Source: Tubiluchus corallicola
Lineage: Eukaryota; Animalia; Priapulida
Direction: 5' to 3'
DNA length: 26,970 bases
Assembly (NCBI GenBank): GCA_030141605.1
Contig: JAQGDQ010001746.1
Span: 1-26,970, forward strand
Shown: positions 1-14,213 of the stretch, in pieces
How the letters are laid out: every line of letters starts with the position of its first letter
Position numbering within the stretch: the stretch's first letter is position 1
Program-made: the position numbers and the translations under genes
The notes under the pieces: model-generated
The model's input: the letters and a program-made list of their open reading frames with translations, nothing else
Databases searched by the model: none
What the model was told of the DNA's origin: nothing

Positions 1-449
1 AGACGCAGACATAGACATGTATAGACAAACATAGACATAGACATAGACGTGGACGTGGATATAGACATCACTGAAAGCCAATTAATAAAAATAAAACAGT
101 TTTTAAAACATGGTAGGAAACGATACTTCCTAGGTAATATATGTCCAAGGGACAGTGGTCTGAAAGTATGGTACTTAGCTTTTGCTTATCTTGAAATACG
201 TATATTGCAGGCACGCTTCCAGATAATATATATAGAAGGTAAATTTATCTTTCGATACTAACTTTTGTAGTTTGTTCATTCACTTTTCCAATTTAATCTT
301 TTATATCTGTAGTAGAATATCTGCCAAACTATTATGAGGAGTATTTAAATGGAGTGGTGGCGTCTTGAGATTGTGAAAAGAATGTTTGAACATCCACCAC
401 TATCATAAGCGCGTCAGGTACGAATGCTTCTTAAATATGTATGTGATTG

Positions 450-488
<39 letters not shown>

Positions 489-2340
489 CTTGCGTTTACT
501 TAAGCACGTAGTTGTTGAGCTATATAGTCGCCAAACGTGCGCCAAAGCTTTGCAAAACTGACGCAAAGTTGTTGTAACGTTCGCCAACAATTTCAGAACC
601 GGCAACAACTTGGCAAACATTTTGTGTTGCTTTTGAGAATGTTGCGACGATATTTTCCCGCAGTTTTTCTTCGAAATTTTGAAAAAACTGTCGCGAAATG
701 GTCGCAAAATGTTCGCGCAAATATCGCGCGACATTCGCCTTGTCGCATAAGCATCGCAGACGTCGCCAAACGTGCGCAAACATGTCGTGCGAAGCTCGTA
801 CGACATTACAGCGACCTTCGCTCGAGTAAAACACTCGAAATTCGCAAAAATGTGGCGAAACGAACTTCGCGCGAATGATTTGCGACAAAACGACGTACCT
901 GCGGGCCTACTTTGGCGATTGTTGCCAGATTTTCGTAAAAAAGTCGCCCCATGAAACTGTTTTTACCCACTAACACGTTAGCATGTTCACCTAACATATA
1001 TTACCAATATATTTTTATTGCACTCTCTAGATAAAGAGGAATAGCTTGCGGATGCAAAAGAATTTCCATTAAACGATAAACCGATTAAAAGCATCAAAAG
1101 CAAGTTTTGCCATTTGTACAACATCGCTTAGTAGAACAAAATTAATACATAATATACCAAATTTAAGGTTCGACTCTTAACAGGCAGCTTATGTTGTTAA
1201 CGTTGTAAAACTTACTTTTTGATATGCTTTTAATCGGTTTATCTGTTCAATGGAAATTCTTTTGCATCCGCAAGCTGTCCACTCTTTATCTGTAGATGTG
1301 CAATAAAAATATATTGGTAATATATGTTGGGTGAACATGCTAACGTGTTAGTGGGTAAAAAACGGTTTCATGGGGCCTCGACTTTTTACGAAAATCAAAA
1401 ATCAAGTTCAACAATCGCCAAAGTATTCCCGCGTGTGCGTCGTTTTGTCGCAAATCATTCGCGCGAAGTTCGTTTCGCCACATTTTTGCGAATTTCGAGT
1501 GTTTTACTCGAGCGAAGGTCGCTGTAATGTCGTACGAGCTTCGCGCGACATGTTTGCGCACGTTTGGCGACGTCTGCGACGCTTGTGCGACAAAGCGAAT
1601 GTCGCGCGATAATTGCGCGAACATTTTGCGATCATTTCGCGACAGTTTCTCAAAATTTTCGAAGAAAACTGCGAGAAAATGTCGTCGCAACATTCTCAAA
1701 AGCAACACAAAATGTTTGCCAAGTTAATGACGGTTCTGAAATTGTTGGCGAACGTTACGACAACGTTGCGACCGTTTTTTGCAAAGCTTTGGCGCACGTT
1801 TGGCGACTATATAGCTCAACAACTGCGCGCTTAAGTAAACGCAAGCACGCACGCACCCCCCCCCCCACAATCACATACATATTTAAGGAAGCATTCGTAC
1901 CTGAGCTTGCCTTATGATAATTAGATCGTTCAAACATTCTTTTCACAATCCTCCAAGGCATATTCACCCTCCATTTTAAATACTTCCTCATGTAGTTTGG
2001 CAGATATTCTACTACAAATATAAAAAAAGATTAAATTGGAAAAGTCAATAACAAACTACGAAAAGTTAGTATCGAAAGATAAATTTACCTTCTACTGTAC
2101 TTGATTATCACGAATGCCTGCAATATACACGTATTTCTAATTCAAAGATAGCAAAGCTAAGTACACATGAGTTTTCAGACCACCTGTCCCTTGGACATAT
2201 TGCCTAAATTATGCATATCGTTTCCTACCATGTTTTAAAAACTGTTTTATTTTTATTAATTGGCTTTCAGTGATGTCTATATCCACGTCCACGTCTATGT
2301 CTATGTCTATGTTTGTCTATACATGTCTATGTCTGCGTCT
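1..2340. repeat. Large imperfect palindrome (arms ~1-1128 and ~1186-2340, spacer ~57 bp); probably continues beyond the left window edge
   Basis: 1-125 is the exact reverse complement of 2216-2340; homology continues inward with indels to the centre (e.g. ttgcggatgcaaaagaatttccatt vs aatggaaattcttttgcatccgcaa). The ORF track gives mirror peptides on opposite strands (MLGEHANVLVGK.., MSYELR..). Confidence 0.95.
486..955. mobile_element. CpG-rich core of the palindrome arm (mirror copy ~1365-1855); possible non-autonomous DNA transposon sequence
   Basis: Abrupt GC/CpG-rich block made of recurring gcgaa/ttcgc/gcgac/gtcgc motifs in AT-rich surroundings, with no credible coding frame. The transposon origin is inference. 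Confidence 0.35.
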
Positions 2341-2495
2341 GTTTCTGCATGTCTGTCTTTAAACATTAACATAGATATAGACAGACAGACACAGACACAG
2401 ACATAGACATGTATAGACAAACATCCATTCTCCATCATACATACACATTAACATTGACACTGACATAGAGATAGACAGACACATACACAGACAAA
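2281..2495. repeat. Low-complexity (ATAGAC)/(AGAC) repeat with a strand switch near 2360
   Basis: gtctat units followed by atagac/acagac units; 2398-2424 is an inverted copy of 2309-2335. Confidence 0.8.
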
Positions 2496-2691
2496 CTTTC
2501 TTGTACAAAACATACTGAACAAACATTCATGGCTGCCCATCTAAGTGACAATGGCTGCGAACGTGTTATATTGAAAAATCAGGCTTTCATCTTGTAATAT
2601 TGAACGTGTAATATTGAAAAATGCATAATATAAACTAAAATGTATTTTAGGTACATCATAATTTGAGCTGCATTGACCCTGGGACACTCAC

Positions 2692-2868
2692 CTATTTGTC
2701 CATCTAACCCAAAGTTGACCACAGGTGAAACATGAGAGAAGAGACTAGGTGTGAGAGCTGGAATGACCCTCGGACACTCATTTGTCAACGAGTCGTTACA
2801 CGTTGCTGTAGACAGAGTTTGACAAGGAAATGACGATGGTATGTGAGACCAAAATACCTCTGAAGCCT
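2692..2868 (-). CDS. Gene A coding exon 2 (177 nt, phase 1-1): (E)ASEVFWSHIPSSFPCQTLSTATCNDSLTNECPRVIPALTPSLFSHVSPVVNFGLDGQI; unknown secreted or membrane protein
   Basis: Minus-strand acceptor tttcctttcttttcag ends at 2869 and donor ag|gtgagt is at 2691-2686. Length is divisible by 3, only the phase-1 frame is stop-free, and it matches the phase of the upstream signal exon. Confidence 0.6.
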
Positions 2869-2914
2869 CTGAAAAGAAAGGAAATAATAATATAGAGATC
2901 CTTATATTCTTCTT

Positions 2915-4395
<1,481 letters not shown>

Positions 4396-4574
4396 ATACT
4401 CTTCGTTGCGCATTTTATTAGATCATATTTGGACACCCCACATAATCACAACAAATTTACTGAATTACACCTGACCATCCTGAAAAATGTCCATAGATAT
4501 TACTGTTATTTTGCTAAAAACAATATTTTGGTTAATAGGTAACTAACTGCTGGTCCACCTGTTCGGGACCAAAA

Positions 4575-4926
4575 ATGATAGTGAAAAGGTCAAAGGTCAA
4601 GTGTGATAGACAACGCATTTGTGTACAATTGACAACGCCTCGAAGCCCATGCTATTGCAATAGTAACATGTTTTAACAGGTAACTAGAACATTACCTAGT
4701 TCATTTTTTCTTCTTCCCAAGCAAAATCCTGGTAGTAAATCACTCTACGTACAGACTAATGCATAATTAAGTAAAGTTCATGTAAAAAATGTTACAGAAC
4801 TGATGCAGCAGACGGCTTTGCATCACCCACATGTCACTTCTCTTTTGTAGTTAAGATGCGTTGCTGGGGTACATTTAACATTTGACCTAGAGCAACTGCG
4901 CGTGCGCACAAGGAAATTGTGAAAAG
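4575..4926 (+). repeat. Diverged non-coding direct repeat, copy 1 (copy 2 at 21154-21483), with DR1-like sites near both ends
   Basis: Collinear shared blocks: aggtcaaagg, agacaacgcatttg, ttacctagttcattttttctt, tagtaaatcactctacg, aattaagtaaagt, cccacatgtcac, tgtagttaaga, tttgaccta, gcaactgc, tgtgaaaag. Confidence 0.9.
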
Positions 4927-4951
4927 TCTTATTGTTTTTGAAAGCACTTAC

Positions 4952-5009
4952 CTGCATTTCGGCTGTACATTGATAACACAAGCAACACGACAAAACCAGT
5001 CCAAACCAT
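4952..5009 (-). CDS. Gene A first coding exon: signal peptide MVWTGFVVLLVLSMYSRNA plus 1 nt
   Basis: ATG at 5009-5007 in aaacgATGg context, hydrophobic core FVVLLVLS, perfect donor cag|gtaagt at 4951-4946, phase 1 as is typical of signal-peptide exons. Confidence 0.65.
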
Positions 5010-5020
5010 CGTTTTGTTTG

Positions 5021-5097
5021 TTCACTTTCCCTGGAAAAATCCCGAAAGGACGTTTTTGCAAATATTTTTATTGCTCAGGAAAACCCACCATTTGCAT
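5021..5097 (-). promoter_or_regulatory. Cluster of possible immune-type motifs upstream of the gene A ATG
   Basis: Minus strand has GGGATTTTTCC (5043-5033) and GGGTTTTCC (5086-5078), both kB/Rel-like, and GAAAGTGAA (5029-5021), IRF-like; octamer ATTTGCAT lies on the plus strand at 5090-5097. Motif resemblance only. Confidence 0.3.
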
Positions 5098-5119
5098 TAA
5101 ACTTAAAAAATTCCGTCTC

Positions 5120-5718
5120 TTACATACTACCTTTTCGCATGCATGGCTTGCATCGGCTGTAACGCTGTATAAAACGTGTAAATTTAAACTCCCGCGATGA
5201 CCGTTAGGCGCAGCCATTTTAATGGTAGGTTGTTTGAAACAAGTTTTGATAACATTGAGTAAAGTTTGAAAAAATAATCAGCGCATTCGTAGCATCAATG
5301 TTGCTAATTAAATAAAATTTTAAATTACTGTATCTTGTCAATAAGATTAAAAATACGTTTTTGGTTAGGGAGTGGCGCACCCTGGAGGGTGAGTCAACGA
5401 CATTTTACCAATTGGCACAAACATCTTAAATTATCAGTCTAATAACATAAATCTCTACAGCGGGTAAGCGAAAAGCTAAGTAATATAAATTTGCACGGAA
5501 AGTTTTTTGGGACTTAATTTAATATTTCCTTTTCTTCCCCGTAGTGACGTCATGTAATGGCGCCAACGGAACACGATTGCGGGAGATTTAAAATGAAAAC
5601 AAACAAAAATTCCTTTCAACGCGAGTACATTATACGCATAAAATTGCTGTAAAGTAACATAATTTTTAAACCGATTTTTTTGAAACCAACTTCAGGTGCC
5701 ACTTTTCTTGTCCTTTAA
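5120..5718 (-). mobile_element. ~600-bp interspersed repeat, inverted relative to 12517-13123; probable non-autonomous DNA transposon (Kolobok-like TTAA-AGG end)
   Basis: gagtggcgcaccctggagggtgagtca, tgacgtcatgtaatggcgcc and gaaaccaacttcaggtgcc occur reverse-complemented in the second copy; this copy ends ...gtcctttaa. Confidence 0.75.
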
Positions 5719-6473
5719 AGCTTAATGTAGTAAGATACAGTAACTCCTTTAGGTCCTGTAAGTACATATAACACTGATATTCTTACTAAACGGGGTGCTT
5801 TCATTTACCATGCCAATAATATTTGAGCCGACTTTTCATTTGCTTGTTCTGACTAAAATATAAATGTAAATTATTAACAATACATTAACGCATTGCCTAA
5901 GATATTACAATGCCAAGGTTTAAAGTTGAATAACTCAAAAATACTTTTGATAGATACAGTTTGGAATATAGGTATCTGTAAACTATGGAAACTGTCGTAT
6001 AGACCTCGCATTTACATTTTGCCCCATATTAGGTAATCACTTTGCTAAACGGTTTCTTAAATTTTATGTAACATGTAAAAATAGTAGTAACTCGACAATA
6101 CATTTATAGCCAAACATACTTATAAACTCAATAATAGGTTTCAACTTGTAAAAAATTGTTATAGAAAATAATAGAAAGATGTATGTAGAAATTTCCATGT
6201 CTTATCTCGTAAGGTTGTGATAGGTGATTTGAGTACTAGACAGCTAGTGACAATAAACGTAGCAAAACATTGTATAAGTTGTATAGAAAACAGCAATTTT
6301 TACTTTTTATCATAGTATCAAATGTTTCTTTTGGTTGCTATTATTGTTGTTGTTATTGTTGTTGTTGTCAGTGTTTAATATTTATTTTTACTTTAACTGA
6401 AAGTTTACTATTTTCTTTTAATTGAACCACTTATGTAACTTAATTGTACGTGTGTGTTCGAAAATAAATGATG

Positions 6474-7013
<540 letters not shown>

Positions 7014-8230
7014 CAAAACCTTGCTGTCAAACTAAAATCTTATAATTTTACATCACACCTCGTAACTTTTTAACTTTTTACTATCACACTGTAAAATTAT
7101 TAGTTTGCAGGGGTTACTAACCTCGTCACCTCACTTTTCTCTCTCTAGTCACGCGTTCTGAAGTCAGGAACTCAAAACCACCTGTTATTTCACCCACAGC
7201 AATAGCTAAACTGTGAAACAGGATTAGGATTGGACAGAAACTTGAAATCGACCTTTTACTTTGCCCGTAGCAGATGAAAACTGGTCTGGTAATGACCATT
7301 GTGTATGACCAATGTATGAGCCATTGACCTGTCGTAAAAGCACTGTAAAAAATGCTCTTTTTTCAAAAGTTTGTGGGAGAGACATCGGCCTGATTTTTAA
7401 TTTTGTTGCTTAGAATTCAAGCAAATGCGTGGGAATATACATTGTCTAATTTGTTTTTATATAAAAAGATGCATAACGCTTAAGTTTACGAGTTGTTAAT
7501 TAAAATGGTTTGCTGTTATTGAAATATGTAATTTAGATTAATTCATAACTTTGCAAGAAAAACTGCACAGCTATTTGATTAAAAGAGTGGCCACCCAAAA
7601 TATAATTTATTGCAACTTACATGATTTGGCGCATTTACATATTTACTTTCTATCACAGCTCTAACATTAAATAGAATTCAGAAGAACAACCAATCATAGA
7701 TAATTATTCACTTTATCACATAGTTAATACAATAAGCACAGTGCACTAATGCTAGATATATGACGCGCAAATCAGCACGTAACTATAAAAAAACTGTTGA
7801 AAAGAAAAATATAACCTAACGTATTAGGCGGATCGTATGACGTTATAGGGAAGGCAAACATCAAATGGTCACCTGTACAACGGCGACGAAAGAATTTATA
7901 ACCTCATCTAAAATTACAGCCTGAACGACTCTGGGTAGATTTGCAAAAGTTGAAGGAAGCGGAATAAACTAGTTTGCAATACTGTAAAGGAAAAGTCTAG
8001 TAGCAGAGTTGAACTCAATCACGGGAATCCGTGACAAGCACGTTGTCATACAAGTCCTACAAGTAAGTGAAACAACAACTCATAAGTTTTCTTGATGGAT
8101 TCCTATGTACTCCGTAGAACCAGGGCTGGACTATCTTATAAGCTAGTATAGACTAAGTGAACTATGAACTATGAATTTACTTCACACATCAAAAAATAGA
8201 ACATCAAACACATGAATAAATTTGAAATAA

Positions 8231-11200
8231 AATAATTTGAGTAGTGCGATGTGAGTGTACGACCATACGGTCATTAACACACTCATCTTACTTAAATGAA
8301 AAAATGATTATAGTTATGCATGCTTCTGTAGATAACTCAATGTAAATAAGGATGAAGTAAATGATGTAATAATTTGAGTAGTGCGAGGTGAGTGTACGAC
8401 CATACGGTCATTAACACACTCACCTTACTTAAATGAAAAAATGATTATAGTTATGCATGCTTCTGTAGATAACTTAATGTAAATAAGGATGAAGTAAATG
8501 ATGTAATAATTTGAGTAGTTCGAGGTGAGTGTACGACCATACGGTCATTAACACACTCACCTTACTTAAATGAAAAAATGATTATAGTTATGCATGCTTC
8601 TGTAGATAACTTAATGTAAATAAGGATGAAGTAAATGATGTAATAATTTGAGTAGTGCGATGTGAGTGTACGACCATACGGTCATTAACACACTCATCTT
8701 ACTTAAATGAAAAAATGATTATAGTTATGCATGCTTCTGTAGATAACTCAATGTAAATAAGGATGAAGTAAATGATGTAATAATTTGAGTAGTGCGAGGT
8801 GAGTGTACGACCATACGGTCATTAACACACTCATCTTACTTAAATGAAAAAATGATTATAGTTATGCATGCTTCTGTAGATAACTTAATGTAAATAAGGA
8901 TGAAGTAAATGATGTAATAATTTGAGTAGTGCGAGGTGAGTGTACGACCATACGGTCATTAACACACTCATCTTACTTAAATGAAAAAATGATTATAGTT
9001 ATGCATGCTTCTGTAGACAACTTAATGTAAATAAGGATGAAGTAAATGATGTAATAATTTGAGTAGTGCGAGGTGAGTGTACGACCATACGGTCATTAAC
9101 ACACTCATCTTACTTAAATGAAAAAATGATTATAGTTATGCATGCTTCTGTAGATAACTTAATGTAAATAAGGATGAAGTAAATGATGTAATAATTTGAG
9201 TAGTGCGAGGTGAGTGTACGACCATACGGTCATTAACACACTCACCTTACTTAAATGAAAAAATGACTATAGTTATGCATGCTTCTGTAGATAACTTAAT
9301 GTAAATAAGGATGAAGTAAATGATGTAATAATTTGAGTAGTGCGAGGTGAGTGTACGACTATACGATCGTTAACACACTCACCTTACTTAAATGAAAAAA
9401 TGACTATAGTTATGCATGCTTCTGTAGATAACTTAATGTAAATAAGGATGAAGTAAATGATGTAATAATTTGAGTAGTGCGAGGTGAGTGTACGACCATA
9501 CGGTCATTAACACACTCACCTTACTTAAATGAAAAAATGATTATAGTTATGCATGCTTCTGTAGATAACTTAATGTAAATAAGGATGAAGTAAATGATGT
9601 AATAATTTGAGTAGTGCGAGGTGAGTGTACGACCATACGGTCATTAACACACTCACCTTACTTAAATGAAAAAATGATTATAGTTATGCATGCTTCTGTA
9701 GATAACTCAATGTAAATAAGGATGAAGTAAATGATGTAATAATTTGAGTAGTGCGAGGTGAGTGTACGACCATACGGTCATTAACACACTCATCTTACTT
9801 AAATGAAAAAATGATTATAGTTATGCATGCTTCTGTAGATAACTCAAAGTAAATAAGGATGAAGTAAATGATGTAATAATTTGAGTAGTGCGAGGTGAGT
9901 GTACGACCATACGCTCATTAACATACTCACCATACTTAAATGAAAAAATGATTATAGTTATGCATGCTTCTGTAGATAACTCAATGTAAATAAGGATGAA
10001 GTAAATGATGTAATAATTTGAGTAGTGCGAGGTGAGTGTACGACCATACGGTCATTAACACACTCACCTTACTTAAATGAAAAAATGATTATAGTTATGC
10101 ATGCTTCTGTAGATAACTCAATGTAAATAAGGATGAAGTAAATGATGTAATAATTTGAGTAGTGCGAGGTGAGTGTACGGTCATTAACACACTCACCTTA
10201 CTTAAATGAAAAAATGATTATAGTTATGCATGCTTCTGTAGATAACTCAATGTAAATAAGGATGAAGTAAATGATGTAATAATTTGAGTAAGACGAGGTG
10301 AGTGTACGACCATACGGTCATTAACACACTCACCTTACTTAAATGAAAAAATGATTATAGTTATGCATGCTTCTGTAGATAACTTAATGTAAATAAGGAT
10401 GAAGTAAATGATGTAATAATTTGAGTAGTGCGAGGTGAGTGTACGACCATACGGTCATTAACACACTCATCTTACTTAAATGAAAAAATGATTATAGTTA
10501 TGCATGCTTCTGTAGATAACCAAATGTAAATAAGGATGAAGTAAATGATGTAATAATTTGAGTAGTGCGAGGTGAGTGTACGACCATACGGTCATTAACA
10601 CACTCACCTTACTTAAATGAAAAAATGACTATAGTTATGCATGCTTCTGTAGATAACTCAATGTAAATAAGGATGAAGTAAATGATGTAATAATTTGAGT
10701 AGTGCGATGTGAGTGTACGACCATACGGTCATTAACACACTCACCTTACTTAAATGAAAAAATGATTATAGTTATGCATGTTTCTGTAGATAACCAAATG
10801 TAAATAAGGATGAAGTAAATGATGTAATAATTTGAGTAGTGCGAGGTGAGTGTACGACCATACGGTCATTAACACACTCATCTTACTTAAATGGAAAAAT
10901 GACTATAGTTATGCATGCTTCTGTAGATAACTTAATGTAAATAAGGATGAAGTAAATGATGTAATAATTTGAGTAGTGCGAGGTGAGTGTACGACCATAC
11001 GGTCATTAACACACTCACCTTACTTAAATGAAAAAATGACTATAGTTATGCATGCTTCTGTAGATAACTCAATGTAAATAAGGATGAAGTAAATGATGTA
11101 ATAATTTGAGTAGTGCGAGGTGAGTGTACGACCATACGGTCATTAACACACTCATCTTACTTAAATGAAAAAATGATTATAGTTATGCATGCTTCTGTAG

Positions 11201-12064
11201 ATAACTCAATGTAAATAAGGATGAAGTAAATGATGTAATAATTTGAGTAGTGCGAGGTGAGTGTACGACCATACGGTCATTAACACACTCATCTTACTTA
11301 AATGAAAAAATGATTATAGTTATGCATGCTTCTGTAGATAACCAAATGTAAATAAGGATGAAGTAAATGATGTAATAATTTGAATAGTGCGAGCTAAGTG
11401 TACGACCATACGGTCATTAACACACTCACCTTACTTAAATGAAAAAATGACTATAGTTATGCATGCTTCTGTAGATAACCAAATGTAAATAAGGATGAAG
11501 TAAATGATGTAATAATTTGAGTAGTGCGAGGTGAGTGTACGACCATACGGTCATTAACACACTCACCTTACTTAAATGAAAAAATGATTATAGTTATGCA
11601 TGTTTCTGTAGATAACCAAATGTAAATAAGGATGAAGTAAATGATGTAATAATTTGAGTAGTGCGAGGTGAGTGTACGACCATACGGTCATTAACACACT
11701 CACCTTACTTAAATGAAAAAATGACTATAGTTATGCATGCTTCTGTAGATAACTTAATGTAAATAAGGATGAAGTAAATGATGTAATAATTTGAATAGTG
11801 CGAGCTAAGTGTACGACCATACGGTCATTAACACACTCACCTTACTTAAATGAAAAAATGACTATAGTTATGCATGTTTCTGTAGATAACCAAATGTAAA
11901 TAAGGATGAAGTAAATGATGTAATAATTTGAGTAGTGCGAGGTGAGTGTACGACCATACGGTCATTAACACACTCATCTTACTTAAATGGAAAAATGACT
12001 ATAGTTATGCATGCTTCTGTAGATAACTTAATGTAAATAAGGATGAAGTAAATGATGTAATAAT
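8231..12064. repeat. Tandem satellite, 137-bp unit, 28 copies
   Basis: The gtagt anchor recurs at 8241, 8378, 8515 ... 11932, equal to 27 x 137 minus the 8-bp deletion in the copy near 10178. Confidence 0.98.
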
Positions 12065-12516
12065 GGCAATGGTATAAGGGCATAAACCTGAAAGTTGTGA
12101 AAGGAAAACATAACATGTCATTACGACTTTGAGTGAACCTAAAAGAACGAAAAATTTAAATAGTTACGAATTAGAATTATCTGATTATCTGTCAACGCAG
12201 CAACAAGGAGTAATAACTAGATATTTGTATGATAATGTATATTGTTAATTGCACAGAAGAGTACCATAATGGTCCTTTAAATAACTATGTCAGATAGTAC
12301 AGGGAACTTTATAATATTGTAAATCCATCTGCAGAGTTGATATATATTCGTACACAACTACATACATACACACCTATGTAAGATTAGATAAATATTGATT
12401 TCAGGTGGATTTTAAAAACATACAACTACAAGTTGCAAGAGCTGATCTCACTAACGAATAAATCAAACTATTCAGCTTCGGTTAGAAACTAATTAACTTA
12501 AATAGTGAACACTTAA

Positions 12517-13123
12517 TAAAGGATAAGAAAAGGGGCACCTGAAGTTGGTTTCAGAAAAATCGCCTTAAAAAAAATTATACTACTTTATAGCAATTTTATG
12601 CGCATATCGTATTCGTGTTGAAAGGAATTTTCGTTTTAAACCTCCCGCAATACTGTTCCGGCGGCGCCATTACATGACGTCATATACGCACCACGTAAAT
12701 TAGGGGAAGAAAAGGAAATGTTACATTATGACCCAAAAAACTTTCCATGCAAATCTATATTACCTAGCATTTCGCTTACCTGCTGGAAAGACTTATGTAA
12801 CTAGCCTCATAATTTAAAATGTTTTCAACAAATTGGTAAAATGTCGCTGACTCACCCTCCAGGGTGCGCCACTCGCTAGCCAAACTGCATTTTTAATCTT
12901 ATTGACAAGATACAGTAATTTAAAATTTTACATAATTAGCAACATGCATGCTACGAATGCTCTGATTATTTTTCAAACTTTACTTAATGGTGTCAAAACT
13001 TGTTTCAAACGACCTGCCATTGAAATGGCTGCACCTAACGGTCATTGCGGGAGTTTAAATTTACATAAGTTTTATACAGCGTTACAGCCGACGCAAGCCC
13101 TGCATGCAAAAGGCAGTATGTAA
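12517..13123 (+). mobile_element. Second, inverted copy of the ~600-bp repeat at 5120-5718
   Basis: Starts taaaggataagaaaaggggcacctgaagttggtttca and ends aaaaggcagtatgtaa, the diverged reverse complements of the ends of copy 1. Confidence 0.75.
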
Positions 13124-13791
13124 CTGATATTTTTGTGCTTTAAGAACAAACTGATTTAATAAAATTATGAAAAAGCTTCTAGTTTAAAAATATAAGGTAA
13201 AATCTACAGCATAGCACGAATAGTAAGAATTATTGCAAGAACAGCATGTACAACGTACACGCTAAAGCCTAGGACACCTCAAGCTTGGAGGGGGGAGGGC
13301 ATTGCTGACTGTAAAACAGGAGACCAGGAAGTCTATAAATCTAATTTTAAAATGGCTCCTCGTTTGAGATAAAGGATCTCTGTTGGAGGCCTTTTATTTG
13401 AGACAAAGGGCCCTTGTTTGAAGCCATTTATTTGAGATAATGGCCGCTTTTTGAAGCCATTTTTTTAAATATTGGGCCCCCAGCTACGCAACTGTAGCTG
13501 AAATATATCGTGAGTAAAAATATTCGAGACGTGTGAGAGCAAATTAGAGGGTGAATCCATCTGAGGGGACTCCATAATTTCATTAGCTTAAGGTCATAAT
13601 CCGGCCCTGAAATCAAGTAAACGAATAACCCATTTCGTTAATTGCATATTTAATGAGCTAATTTGCATAATTTTATCGATTATGCAAAAATTTTACATGG
13701 AAAATTTTCATACTGAGCTGCCACAAAACGTAAACACTTGCTAAAATGATTGTCTCGGTCCAGTGATATATTATAAAGTTACTAATACTGA

Positions 13792-14213
13792 CCATATCTA
13801 CGGCCATATCACGTTGAAAAGCTGGAGCTGCACAAGCGACCAACGGCTAGAGGGCGGAGGAGGTCAAGTGACCCAAAGGCCATGTGTAAAGGAGTAAACC
13901 TTCCAAATCAGGAGTGGAGCCCCGAAGGCGGACCAGTGCAGCATGCTCACTGACTCCGGCAGCTCCTGCAGCCAACCTGGTGCCAAACGTATCGCTCCGT
14001 TTTCCTTTGGACTACACCAGGGAGGAAGAGCGGGGGGTTCCTGTTGTCTGGGCAACTCAGGATCTCCATACACCTTGCCCAGGCGTGCGCCCTGGAGACG
14101 TTCGAGGATCGCACTGCTCAGACACAGTCGACGCTGCAGCTCCATCAATGTGATCAATAACTGACTCTCTTGGCGCATACTCCATTGTCTTCCGAGACAG
14201 AAGGATGCCAACC
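13792..14213 (+). mobile_element. Short non-autonomous RTE-clade retroelement (bipartite: 5' UTR-like part plus 3' end), copy 1
   Basis: 11-bp TSD actaatactga at 13781-13791 and 14214-14224. The 3' part encodes RSRIALLRHSRRC, resembling the RTE ORF C-terminal SRIGLxSHxRxC motif, and ends gagacagaaggatgccaacc. A second copy lies at 23792-24214. Confidence 0.8.
13797..13820 (+). pseudogene. 5'-terminal fragment of 5S rRNA at the head of the RTE element
   Basis: tctacggccatatcacgttgaaaa matches, from memory, the start of invertebrate 5S rRNA (GTCTACGGCCATAYCACGTTGAAA..). The rest of 5S, including boxes A and C, is absent. Confidence 0.6.

Noticed and set aside
414-1991. Many overlapping 60-130 aa ORFs in the palindrome arms
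   Set aside because: GC-rich repeat DNA; frames are not preserved between the two arms and show no domain motifs.
8231-12064. CRISPR array, hammerhead-ribozyme satellite or tandem micro-exon array
   Set aside because: No unique spacers or cas genes; no CUGANGA core on either strand; although each unit has GTGAGT donors and YAG acceptors on both strands, the implied exons in the consensus unit have stops in all three frames.
13360-13465. Three degenerate ~33-bp repeats (tttgagaYaa..gg)
   Set aside because: Too short and degenerate to assign; probably the internal repeat of an old transposon.
13797-13920. Functional 5S rRNA gene
   Set aside because: Similarity stops after about 24 nt; no internal control region or T-run terminator.
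13864-14211. ORFs within the RTE-derived elements (also 23729-24111)
   Set aside because: Frames differ between the two copies; only the short remnant of the RTE C-terminus is meaningful.
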